Assembly (NCBI GenBank): GCA_021287065.1
Contig: JAJTBE010000196.1
Location: 2,539 to 66,538, forward strand
Reading direction: 5' to 3'
Length of the DNA stretch: 64,000 nucleotides
From: Bacillota bacterium
GTDB taxonomy: Bacteria > Vulcanimicrobiota > JAJTBE01
Part shown: one piece after another, positions 8,979 through 17,977 of the stretch
Layout: every line of letters begins with the position of its first letter
Numbering within the stretch: the stretch's first letter is position 1
Notes under the pieces: generated by a model
What the model was told of the DNA's origin: nothing
Seen by the model: only the letters and a program-made list of their open reading frames with translations
The model's database searches: none
Program-made: the position numbers and the translations under genes

Positions 8979-10190
8979 TTATTGTTTATCCCTTTCCCAA
9001 ACCCACAGAATATCGAATGCATCCTTATCTTTCATCAGAAGTGTATTTGTTCCGGTTTTAAGATCATAGATAAATGCCTGACCGTCTATGATGTAACCGA
9101 GATATTTTCCATTATCCATCCATCTCAATGCAGTCGGAGCTTTATATGAGATTCTGATAGAAGTGTTATCTTTAATATCATAAATGATCACTCCTGATGA
9201 TTCATCCCCTGATGCTATCAATGTTGAATTATGAGCCGGGTTCCATTCCAGAAATGTTCTTGTGCGAAATTCAAAATTATATTTTTCCGGAATCCGTTTT
9301 TCTATTTTTCCTGTAGATGAATCGAACAGGCATAGCCATAACATTTTATTTTTTTCTTCAGACTTTTTTTCATCTGACTCTTCAGGAAAATATGCTTTTA
9401 ACGCAACGATCTTTCCATCAGGAGAAACAGTCAGAGGCAGATTAATTGAAGGATGGTAAAACCCGGACGAATAGACCTGACCTGCAGGGTATTTCCTGAT
9501 TTTCCCATTTGTATCAATTGTCATCAGTTCGCATTTATCCACATCCTGACAAAATAAGACAAACTGTTTTCCATCAAAGAACTTAGCACCTGAAACAACG
9601 GGTTCATTTGTTATTAGCCTCCCTGAACCGGTTTCCACATCAATCAGGAATCCATTGTTCATCAGTATTGTTTTTGAGGTATCGGTAGAATCCGCAACAT
9701 AACCGCCTTCATAAACATCAGGTAGTATAACTTCTTTTATTGAGGAAAAGATTAGTTCTTTATCTTTAAGCTGTTTGTCCAGCGAAAAATAGATAAAATT
9801 GTAATCACAATAATCAGTGCGATCCACAAAAAACCATTGACAGGCTTTTTTACCTGTTCCTGCATTCCTTACACCAATATCATGCTTTTTTATATAGTCA
9901 TATCCGTATTTATATTTATACGGAAATTTAGTGACGGACTTTTCCCCTATTGGTTTTCCATTATCGAGCCTGATTTTTGAAAAAATCAACGCTCTGTCAG
10001 GTGGCTGTTCTCTTTCTTCTATACTCCCCGGTTTCCTGAATTTATCAGAAGCAATAACCGCATAAAAAGTTCTTTTACTGCCTGTTTCCAGTAATAAAAA
10101 CCCTGACCACACAAATGCCAGCATTAATAGTAGAATTATGAATTTAACAATTTTATCCGGATTTATACTTTTAAAAAAACTCATTTCCAC
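8979..10190 (-). CDS. Hypothetical signal-anchored beta-propeller-like protein (PD40-like repeat)
   Basis: N-terminal TM (FIILLLMLAFVWSGFLLL). One SPDGKIVAL PD40-type motif. Last gene of the kinase operon. Confidence 0.5.
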   Translation of the reverse strand: MEMSFFKSINPDKIVKFIILLLMLAFVWSGFLLLETGSKRTFYAVIASDKFRKPGSIEEREQPPDRALIFSKIRLDNGKPIGEKSVTKFPYKYKYGYDYIKKHDIGVRNAGTGKKACQWFFVDRTDYCDYNFIYFSLDKQLKDKELIFSSIKEVILPDVYEGGYVADSTDTSKTILMNNGFLIDVETGSGRLITNEPVVSGAKFFDGKQFVLFCQDVDKCELMTIDTNGKIRKYPAGQVYSSGFYHPSINLPLTVSPDGKIVALKAYFPEESDEKKSEEKNKMLWLCLFDSSTGKIEKRIPEKYNFEFRTRTFLEWNPAHNSTLIASGDESSGVIIYDIKDNTSIRISYKAPTALRWMDNGKYLGYIIDGQAFIYDLKTGTNTLLMKDKDAFDILWVWERDKQ

Positions 10191-10206
10191 TCATCCTGTC
10201 TCGCAA

Positions 10207-11091
10207 CTATTTTTCTCGCTTTGGAATGCAAATTGGCCAGAAGCCTTTTCCTATTTTTATTGGTTTTTTATCTTTCAGATCCATTCTGAAAATTATCTGA
10301 TTGGCTGAATAATAGAGACTTTTACCGTCTGATGACCAGGAAGGTGGTGGAACAAAGCCTGTGTCGGCTTTTGCCACGATTTCTGTTTTTCCGTTTTCCA
10401 ATGATATCAGCCCGATAGTGCTGCCGGGTTTAAGGCCGGGGCTTTGCAGCGAGTATGCCAGACAAGCACCGTCAGGAGAGATATTTGCATCTGATACACT
10501 GTAGATCCCCCTGAATTCTTTCTCCCTTTTGCCTTTGATATCGTATATACCTATTGATTCGGAGCAGACTACAGCAAGTTTATCTTCATTGTAAAACCAG
10601 GCCGGAACTGGATTTTTCCCGGAAAAATCCGATAAAATTGATGTAATTATTTGCTGAGTTTCCTGATTGAATATATAAACTCTCTCTTCAGAGACAAAAC
10701 AAAAATATTTACCTGAAGGTGAAATTTTTAAATATGAGATATTCGGTTTACCTGTTGTTATAATAGATTTTGAGATTTGCTTGTTGTTGAGCTGTAACTG
10801 ATAAATTATGTTTTCAGGTTCAGAGAAACATACTGAGTTTGCCGTCCTGTTTACGGAAATACAGTATAATCCCCCACCAGCAGAGGGTATGAAGAAGCTG
10901 TTGGCAACACCTGTTGCAGCAAAAAAACATTCAGCAGGAGCAATATTGATTTTCAGATCTTTTTCCAACACCATAAAAACAATCGTATCACTCTGGCTGG
11001 TTTTTAAGGATAACAATAAAAACCCGGAGATAATCATTGTAAAGATGACAACTAAAACGATTTTAATTTCCCGCCATCTTACCCATTTCAT
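10207..11091 (-). CDS. TolB-like PD40 beta-propeller repeat protein
   Basis: Repeated ISPSGKYFCFVS, ISPDGACLAYS and WSSDGKSLYYS PD40 motifs. N-terminal signal anchor. Confidence 0.6.
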   Translation of the reverse strand: MKWVRWREIKIVLVVIFTMIISGFLLLSLKTSQSDTIVFMVLEKDLKINIAPAECFFAATGVANSFFIPSAGGGLYCISVNRTANSVCFSEPENIIYQLQLNNKQISKSIITTGKPNISYLKISPSGKYFCFVSEERVYIFNQETQQIITSILSDFSGKNPVPAWFYNEDKLAVVCSESIGIYDIKGKREKEFRGIYSVSDANISPDGACLAYSLQSPGLKPGSTIGLISLENGKTEIVAKADTGFVPPPSWSSDGKSLYYSANQIIFRMDLKDKKPIKIGKGFWPICIPKREK

Positions 11092-11097
11092 ATCAGC

Positions 11098-13320
11098 CTA
11101 CTTTCTGTTCAAATCATCCAGTTCTTTTATTATCCATTGTTTTTTTTCTTTTTCCAGTCTTATTTGATGTCTGAAGTTTGTTAACAGGATCCTTCTTCCC
11201 TTGGGGTTTGTAATTTCCAGGGTTCCTGTTACGATTGCTCTGGCGTATCTTGCTTCAGCTTCAGGCAGCATAATTTTTAAGCCGGTGATTCTGGCTTTGC
11301 CGGTTTTTGCCTTAACTTTTCCGGCTGTGTCCATAATCAGCCGGGATAGTTCTCCGTTCTGCAGTTCTGAACTGCTGCCGAACAAAGTTTTTATTTCCTT
11401 TTCTTTTCCTGTTTCCATACATGCATACATTTTTTTAACAGTATCAGGCACATCTTTACAGGAGTTTGGTATGAACTTTTTGTCTGCCAGTTTATTCAGG
11501 CACAGTTCCTCTGTTTTGTCGTCGTTAAAATCAAGAAGCCCTTTTCTGAAAAACTCTCCTGCTATTTCATAGTTTTTCATTTTTTCGTAACACAAGCCTG
11601 TAAGGTAGCTGATTTCCTGAGAAACGGGGGTTTGTTTTGAAGCCTGATTAAGGTATTCAAGAGCTTTTTCAGGGTTGGCAAGACCTATGTAAATTTTTGC
11701 ATAAAGCATTAATTCCTCATTACTTTTCTCCGGCTCTATTTTATCAGCACTTTCGAGCCAGAATAAAGCAGACTTATAATCTTTATTCAGATAACCGGAT
11801 TCTGCCAGTTTTGCAAAATACCGGCGGTTTTTCGGATCAAGCTGAAATAGTTTTTTAAAATCATTATAAGCTTGTTCGGATGAACCCATATTCAGAAGAA
11901 GGCAGCCTCTGGCAAACAGTGCCTCCTTATACTCAGGTGCAATGGAAATCGCTTTATTCAAAGCTCCAAGAGCTTCTTTATTGTCTTTTCCTGACTGAAG
12001 CACACCGATGTAATATAGTGATGTGGAATCTTCTGGAAGCAAAGCTGCAGCGGTTTTAAAATCCAGAAGAGCCATCTCTGTCTCATTAAGTCTGAGCCAG
12101 GCATAGGCTCTGTATCTGTAAACGAGAGGGTCCTTTTTTATATCAAGGGCAGTGGTGTATTGTGTAACAGACTGCCTATACTGGCCTTTATTGTAGAGAT
12201 CTATTCCGTCTTTTGTAATTCTTTCGCATTTTGAGTCGTCAGAAATAACAGCCATCCAGAACAAAAAAACGAAAGCGCTGATAAATAGAAATACTCCGGG
12301 ATTTATCTCCTTTGCCTTTGTTTTACCGGATAGACTCAGAGAATATGGCAGCAGAACCGGATCATTCAGTGGAATGATTCTGTCCCAGATTGGCAGGTTA
12401 GTCTTTACATCAATTCTATTCAGGTGTTTAATGACATCTTCCACGCTCTGCAGTCTTTTGTCGGGAAGAATGTTTACCATTATTTCCACAATTTCGCACA
12501 GCTTTGGGTCTGCTTTTGTATTTATGCCTGAAATTTTTCTGAAAGTAAAAGGCTGCACATTCGGGTTTTCGGGATCTATCCCGGTGAGGAGGTAATGCAT
12601 AAGAACACCGAGGGAATAAATATCGCTCCGTTTATCGGTGAAGCCTTTGTATTGTTCAGGCGGTGCATATCCCGGCGTTCCCACCATTGTGCCCTGATGG
12701 GTGTTTGAAAAGACCCTTGCTATGCCAAAATCCACAAGAAAGACTTTATCTCCCGACAGCATTATGTTGGATGGTTTAATATCCCTGTATATAATTGCCG
12801 GTTGTTCCGAATGCAGGTATTTGAGTATATCGAGGATTTGAAATGAAATATCAAGCACTTTTTCCACAGGGAGAGGTAGTCTTTCGTGTTTGATATAGCT
12901 TTCAAGATCTTCGCCTTCAACAAATGTCATAACAAGATAATGCACATTTCCATTGCCATACAAATCGGGCGCCGAGAAATAGTCAATCACCTTCGGAAGC
13001 CCTTTGTGGTGGAGTTTTGCCAGAATTCTGGCTTCTCTCTGAAAATGCTCTTCTGCATCCTGTGAATCCATGCCTCCGGGATTGCTGAACAGCATTTTTA
13101 CCGCCACAACATTATCAAGGGCGGTATCTTCAGCTTTATAAACGCATCCCATTGCTCCTGATTTTACTTCCCTGATAATTTTATATCTTCCGTTGAGAAG
13201 AACAGGTCCGGCGGAATGTGAATGCGCAGGTGAATGCGGTGTGAGGTGGAAGCCGCAGCTGTTGCAGAATTTTGCATCATCTCTGTTTTGAAAGCCGCAG
13301 TCGTCGCAATAAAGAGCCAA
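11098..13320 (-). CDS. Ser/Thr protein kinase with N-terminal double zinc ribbon, one TM and C-terminal TPR repeats
   Basis: CDDCGFQNRDDAKFCNSCG zinc ribbon. Hanks kinase motifs (VAVKML, HRDIKPSNIML, DFGIA, GTPGYAPPE). A TM segment, then TPR-like repeats. Confidence 0.85.
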   Translation of the reverse strand: MALYCDDCGFQNRDDAKFCNSCGFHLTPHSPAHSHSAGPVLLNGRYKIIREVKSGAMGCVYKAEDTALDNVVAVKMLFSNPGGMDSQDAEEHFQREARILAKLHHKGLPKVIDYFSAPDLYGNGNVHYLVMTFVEGEDLESYIKHERLPLPVEKVLDISFQILDILKYLHSEQPAIIYRDIKPSNIMLSGDKVFLVDFGIARVFSNTHQGTMVGTPGYAPPEQYKGFTDKRSDIYSLGVLMHYLLTGIDPENPNVQPFTFRKISGINTKADPKLCEIVEIMVNILPDKRLQSVEDVIKHLNRIDVKTNLPIWDRIIPLNDPVLLPYSLSLSGKTKAKEINPGVFLFISAFVFLFWMAVISDDSKCERITKDGIDLYNKGQYRQSVTQYTTALDIKKDPLVYRYRAYAWLRLNETEMALLDFKTAAALLPEDSTSLYYIGVLQSGKDNKEALGALNKAISIAPEYKEALFARGCLLLNMGSSEQAYNDFKKLFQLDPKNRRYFAKLAESGYLNKDYKSALFWLESADKIEPEKSNEELMLYAKIYIGLANPEKALEYLNQASKQTPVSQEISYLTGLCYEKMKNYEIAGEFFRKGLLDFNDDKTEELCLNKLADKKFIPNSCKDVPDTVKKMYACMETGKEKEIKTLFGSSSELQNGELSRLIMDTAGKVKAKTGKARITGLKIMLPEAEARYARAIVTGTLEITNPKGRRILLTNFRHQIRLEKEKKQWIIKELDDLNRK

Positions 13321-13616
13321 ATTTATGCCCCCTGCCTGATTTTAATATTTTTATACTTGTAAACTTTCGGGTTGAACCTTCTGATTATGTGTTAAAGAGC
13401 TGCTTTGGGAATAACCCGCAAAAATCGGTAAATCATTCCGTATCACCATTATACCTTAATTTGACTTAAAAATGAAGAATCTTCTTCCCTCCGCCCGGAA
13501 ACCTTTTTTGTCCGGTTTTTGTTCATGCATTTAAAATCAGTTGTTTTATGCAGGTTTGTTAAATTCCGGGCTTTAAAGAAATCGAAATTTCCGAGGTTAA
13601 TTTTATAGTCAAAAGG

Positions 13617-13634
13617 TTGTGAAAATATTCACAG
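13617..13634. promoter_or_regulatory. Rex-box-like palindrome TTGTGAA-N4-TTCACAg, followed by a sigma70-like TTGACT-18-TAAAAT
   Basis: Seen directly: ttgtgaaaatattcacag at 13617-13634, a 17/18 match to the Rex operator consensus TTGTGAAnnnnTTCACAA. A -35/-10-like pair lies at about 13647-13682. It is 205 bp upstream of hydG. Confidence 0.3.
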
Positions 13635-13838
13635 CCATTATAAATCTTGACTGTAAGGCAGCATGAGGAATAAAATGTACGGATGCAGATTTATAGAAAT
13701 GCATTCTGAGCGAAATAGACCGGAATTTCCGGCAAATCAGCAGAGAAACAGGCACGGGAAATATTCCGGAACAACCGGAGCTTACCGGTAAAGCGAAGGC
13801 GGACGGCAGCCGCCGCCTCCCAAAGAAAGGAAAGCATT

Positions 13839-15275
13839 ATGCTTAAACTCAACAATCACAATAACAACAATCATAACAATCAGAAACTCGAAAACTTCAT
13901 TGATGAGGATCTAATAATAAAGACCCTTGAAGCCACCAAGGATTGCAGCCGTGAATGGGCAAAAAGAATAGTGGCAAGAGCGCTTGAGATGGAAGGACTG
14001 AATTTCTTCGAGGTATCATGCCTTCTCAACTGTGATGACCCGGAAGTTCTTGAGGATATATTTGCAGCAGCCAGACAGATAAAAGATAAAATTTACGGCG
14101 ACCGAATCGTTATGTTTGCCCCCCTGTATATTTCGAACCTTTGCGGAAACGAATGCCTCTACTGCGCATTCAGAGCCACCAATAAGGAACTTGCAAGAAG
14201 AGCACTCACTCAGGAAGAAATTGAAAGAGAAGTAAAAAATCTGGTGGATCAGGGACATAAGAGAGTCCTTATGGTTGCCGGAGAATCATACCCCCACGAG
14301 GGATTCGAATATGTTCTCAAAAGCATCGACACAGTATATAAAGTTCAGTCGGGCAACGGAAGCATCAGAAGAGTTAATGTAAACATCGCCCCTCTGGAAG
14401 TTGAAGAGTTCAGACAGCTCAAGGAAAAAGGAATCGGAACATTCCAGTTATTTCAGGAAACTTACCATGTGCCTACTTATGAAAAAATGCATACAGGCGG
14501 AAAGAAAAAGAACTTCCTCTGGAGGCTTTATGCTATGGACAGAGCTTTCCAGGCAGGCATAGACGATGTTGGAATCGGAGTTCTCTTCGGACTTTATGAT
14601 TATAAATACGAAATTCTCGCACTGATGCAGCATATCAAACATCTGGAAGACGAATTCGGAGTAGGTCCCCACACTATCAGCGTCCCCAGACTCGAACCCG
14701 CAGACGGATCAAGCGTATCAGTTGAACCGCCCTTCCCGGTAACTGACGAACAGTTTAAGAAGATAGTGGCAATTCTCCGCATAGCGGTTCCTTACACCGG
14801 AATTATTATGTCCACAAGAGAAACCCCTAAAATCCGCAGAGAGACCTTCGCTGTAGGCGTTTCGCAGATTTCCGCAGGTTCACGGACAAACCCCGGCGGA
14901 TACTCTGTTGACGACTTCGAGGAACACTCATCCCAGTTCTCACTCGGAGACCACAGAGCGCTTGATGAAGTTATCAACGATCTGGTAACAATGAAATATA
15001 TTCCTTCATTCTGCACCGCCTGCTACAGACTGGGCAGAACAGGCCACGACTTTATGGATATGGCAAAACCCGGAGATATAAAATACCATTGCAGCCTCAA
15101 TGCACTTTCCACCCTGCTTGAGTATCTCAACGATTACGCTTCACCCCGCACGAAAGAAGCCGGAGAGAAACTTATCAGAGAAAAACTTGATGCATCTGAT
15201 GACGAAAAATGGAAAACCATAGCTTCAGAAATGCTTGAACAGGTTAAATCAGGCAAAAGAGACTGTTTCATATAG
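13839..15275 (+). CDS. hydG: [FeFe]-hydrogenase maturase HydG (radical SAM tyrosine lyase)
   Basis: N-terminal CGNECLYC (CX3CX2C) radical SAM motif. C-terminal CTAC-X22-C auxiliary cluster motif characteristic of HydG. ~478 aa. Confidence 0.8.
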   Translation: MLKLNNHNNNNHNNQKLENFIDEDLIIKTLEATKDCSREWAKRIVARALEMEGLNFFEVSCLLNCDDPEVLEDIFAAARQIKDKIYGDRIVMFAPLYISNLCGNECLYCAFRATNKELARRALTQEEIEREVKNLVDQGHKRVLMVAGESYPHEGFEYVLKSIDTVYKVQSGNGSIRRVNVNIAPLEVEEFRQLKEKGIGTFQLFQETYHVPTYEKMHTGGKKKNFLWRLYAMDRAFQAGIDDVGIGVLFGLYDYKYEILALMQHIKHLEDEFGVGPHTISVPRLEPADGSSVSVEPPFPVTDEQFKKIVAILRIAVPYTGIIMSTRETPKIRRETFAVGVSQISAGSRTNPGGYSVDDFEEHSSQFSLGDHRALDEVINDLVTMKYIPSFCTACYRLGRTGHDFMDMAKPGDIKYHCSLNALSTLLEYLNDYASPRTKEAGEKLIREKLDASDDEKWKTIASEMLEQVKSGKRDCFI

Positions 15276-15320
15276 AGAATCGCCTCCCCTTGAAAAAAAC
15301 ATAAGAGAGGACACGAATTT

Positions 15321-16553
15321 ATGCGCAAAACACCTGAAAGTCTCAGGCTTCACATTGGTATATTCGGCAGAAGAAATGTGGGAAAATCATCCCTCATCAA
15401 CTGTATTGCCCGTCATTCCGTTTCCATCGTTTCGCCTGAGGCCGGAACCACTACGGATCCGGTAAAAAAAGCTATGGAACTGCAGCCTCTGGGACCGGTT
15501 CTCCTCATCGACACAGCAGGGCTTGATGACGAAGGCGAGCTGGGTGAACTCAGAATCAAAAGAACAAAAAAGATTATCGAAGCAACGGAGCTTGCCATCC
15601 TCGTTACGGAAACGGGACAATGGGGAGATTTCGAAGACGGTCTTGTAAAGGAATTCAACGAAAAGAAAATCCCCACGATTCTTATAATCAACAAAGTTGA
15701 TGAAAACCCGCCATCTGCAGACGAAGTTGCAAAACTTAAAGAAGTCTGCAAATCGGTTCTTTCGGTTTCAACGGTTACAGGAGAAGGCGTTGAGGAACTC
15801 CGGCAGGAGATTATCGAAAAAGCTCCCCAGTCATTCCTCGAATCCCCGCCAATCATCAGGGATCTCATCGAACCCGGCGAAACGGCAATTCTCGTTATTC
15901 CCATCGATTTTGAAGCCCCCAGGGGAAGAATTCTTCTGCCCCAGTCCCAGAGCATCAGAGATGTAATCGATAACAATTCGATATGTATTGTGGTTAAGGA
16001 AACCGAGCTGGATCAGTCCATAGCCAATCTGAAAGAGCTTCCGAAGATTGTGGTTACCGACTCTCAGGCATTCGACAGAGTTAAGAGATCCACACCGGAC
16101 AATGTGCTTCTCACATCATTTTCGACCCTGTTTGCCCGTTACAAAGGGGATCTTCTTACTTTTGCAAAGGGTGCGAAAGCTATAAGCCAACTTAAACCCG
16201 GAGATAAGGTGCTTGTTGCGGAAGCCTGCACACATCATCCCATCGGCGATGATATCGGAACTCTGCAGATTCCCCGGAAGTTTGCGGCATTTCTCGGATT
16301 TGAGCCGGAATTCGAATGGGCGCACGGAACCAATTTCCCTGAAGATCTGACAAAATTTAAGCTCATCGTACACTGCGGAGCCTGCGTCTGGAATAGAAAA
16401 CAGGTTCTCTCAAGAATCCAGAATGCTATGTCTCAGGGAGTTCCAATCACTAACTACGGAATTTCATTAGCTTATGTAAACGGCATTTTCGAAAGGGCTT
16501 TGACTCCCTTTGTGGATCAATATCCCGAACTGAAAGAGCTTTTTGAAAAATAA
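15321..16553 (+). CDS. hydF: [FeFe]-hydrogenase maturation GTPase HydF
   Basis: G1 P-loop GRRNVGKSS. C-terminal CTHHP...HCGAC (CxH...HCxxC) FeS-binding motif typical of HydF. Immediately downstream of hydG. Confidence 0.8.
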   Translation: MRKTPESLRLHIGIFGRRNVGKSSLINCIARHSVSIVSPEAGTTTDPVKKAMELQPLGPVLLIDTAGLDDEGELGELRIKRTKKIIEATELAILVTETGQWGDFEDGLVKEFNEKKIPTILIINKVDENPPSADEVAKLKEVCKSVLSVSTVTGEGVEELRQEIIEKAPQSFLESPPIIRDLIEPGETAILVIPIDFEAPRGRILLPQSQSIRDVIDNNSICIVVKETELDQSIANLKELPKIVVTDSQAFDRVKRSTPDNVLLTSFSTLFARYKGDLLTFAKGAKAISQLKPGDKVLVAEACTHHPIGDDIGTLQIPRKFAAFLGFEPEFEWAHGTNFPEDLTKFKLIVHCGACVWNRKQVLSRIQNAMSQGVPITNYGISLAYVNGIFERALTPFVDQYPELKELFEK

Positions 16554-16565
16554 ACGGAAATAAGA

Positions 16566-16607
16566 AAAGCCGCTGCTTCTGAGAAATAACAGGCAGCGGC
16601 TTTTTTG
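16566..16607. terminator. Bidirectional rho-independent terminator between hydF and ruvC
   Basis: gccgctgc-N16-gcagcggc stem followed by TTTTTT on the + strand and an A-run on the other side. Sits between convergent genes. Confidence 0.55.
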
Positions 16608-16647
16608 TATTAAAAAATCGTTTAACTGCTCACAAAAAGAGCGGAGA

Positions 16648-17127
16648 TTATTCCAGATCTCCCATTCTGTAGTAGCAGATTGCTATGCCCAGAGCGTCTG
16701 AGGCATCAACGGGCATTTCCTCATCGCCGAGGTCGAGTTCCATCTTTACAACATCTGCTACAGCGTCTTTTTTTGCCCTGCCGAACCCTGCAAGGCATTC
16801 CTTAACCTGAAGGGGTGTAAACTCCACCACGGGCACATTATGCTTCCCTGCGGCAAGGAGAGCTATCCCCCTTGCTTCACCCACAGTCAGGGCTGTTTTG
16901 GTGTTTCTGTTAAAAAACAGTGATTCGAGAGAAAGTACATCGGGTTTGTATTTTTCAAATAATTCCATCAGACTGTCAAAAAGGTAACAGAGGCGTTTGC
17001 CTTTATTGTCGGTCTTGGGCGTGCGAAGACAGCCGTAAGCAAGGGCTTTCCCTTCTTCCCGTTCATCAACGGAAACAATACCGTATCCCATTTTGGCAAG
17101 CCCCGGATCAATTCCGAGTATGACCAT
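16648..17127 (-). CDS. ruvC: Holliday junction resolvase RuvC
   Basis: MVILGIDPGLAKMGYGIV N-terminus, 159 aa, acidic catalytic residues. Conserved pairing with a yebC-family gene. Confidence 0.8.
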   Translation of the reverse strand: MVILGIDPGLAKMGYGIVSVDEREEGKALAYGCLRTPKTDNKGKRLCYLFDSLMELFEKYKPDVLSLESLFFNRNTKTALTVGEARGIALLAAGKHNVPVVEFTPLQVKECLAGFGRAKKDAVADVVKMELDLGDEEMPVDASDALGIAICYYRMGDLE

Positions 17128-17882
17128 TATTTGCCGCCCATTGATGCCATAATCTCTTCGGGAATGTCGAAATTGGCGTAAACATTCTGGACATCTCCCT
17201 GTTCTTCAAGAGCGTCCATAAGCTTGAAAACTGCTTCAACCTGGGCTTTATCGGTAAGTTTAACTTCGTTTTTGGCGATCATCGAGATTTCAGCCGAATC
17301 CAGTTTAACTTTCTTTGCCTCAAGGCCTCTTTTAACCTGAGCGAAGTTGGTGAAATCGGCGGTTACGACAAATATCCCGTCTTCTTCCTTAACATCATCT
17401 GCGCCTGCGTCGAGGGCAATTTCCATAAGTGTGTCTTCATCGGTGGAATCTGCACTGACCTGAAAAACTGCTTTTTTCTCGAACATCCATGAAACGCATC
17501 CGGAATCGCCCATTGTTCCGCCGTTTTTGGCAAATGCGGTTCTGACTTCGGGAACGGTGCGGTTTCTGTTTTCAGTAGCTGCTGCAACGATAATAGCTAC
17601 TCCGTGGGGACCGTATCCTTCGTACATAACCTCTTCGATACCTTCGCCGCCCTTTTCGCCTGATGCTTTTTCGATGGCTCTCTGAATGTTGCTGTTGGGC
17701 ATATTAACGCTCTTGGCGTTTTCAACAGCGGTTGCAAGTCGGTAGTTGCCGGCGGGATCGGCTCCGCCTTCTTTTACGGCAAGCATAATTTCCTTGGAAA
17801 CGCGGGTAAAGATTTTACCTTTTGCTGCGTCAACTTTTTCCTTTTTAACCTTAATATTGTGCCATTTGGAATGACCGGACAT
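17127..17882 (-). CDS. yebC: YebC/PmpR family DNA-binding regulator
   Basis: MSGHSKWHNIKVKKEKVDAAKGKIFTRV signature N-terminus. 251 aa. Confidence 0.8.
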   Translation of the reverse strand: MSGHSKWHNIKVKKEKVDAAKGKIFTRVSKEIMLAVKEGGADPAGNYRLATAVENAKSVNMPNSNIQRAIEKASGEKGGEGIEEVMYEGYGPHGVAIIVAAATENRNRTVPEVRTAFAKNGGTMGDSGCVSWMFEKKAVFQVSADSTDEDTLMEIALDAGADDVKEEDGIFVVTADFTNFAQVKRGLEAKKVKLDSAEISMIAKNEVKLTDKAQVEAVFKLMDALEEQGDVQNVYANFDIPEEIMASMGGK

Positions 17883-17977
17883 TGTTACCTCCGTTTTTTT
17901 GCTGTCAGATAAAGAGTTTTACAGTTTATCCGTATTTCCTCTGTTGAGGAAATCAGATATTGGTTTTTATGTTCATA

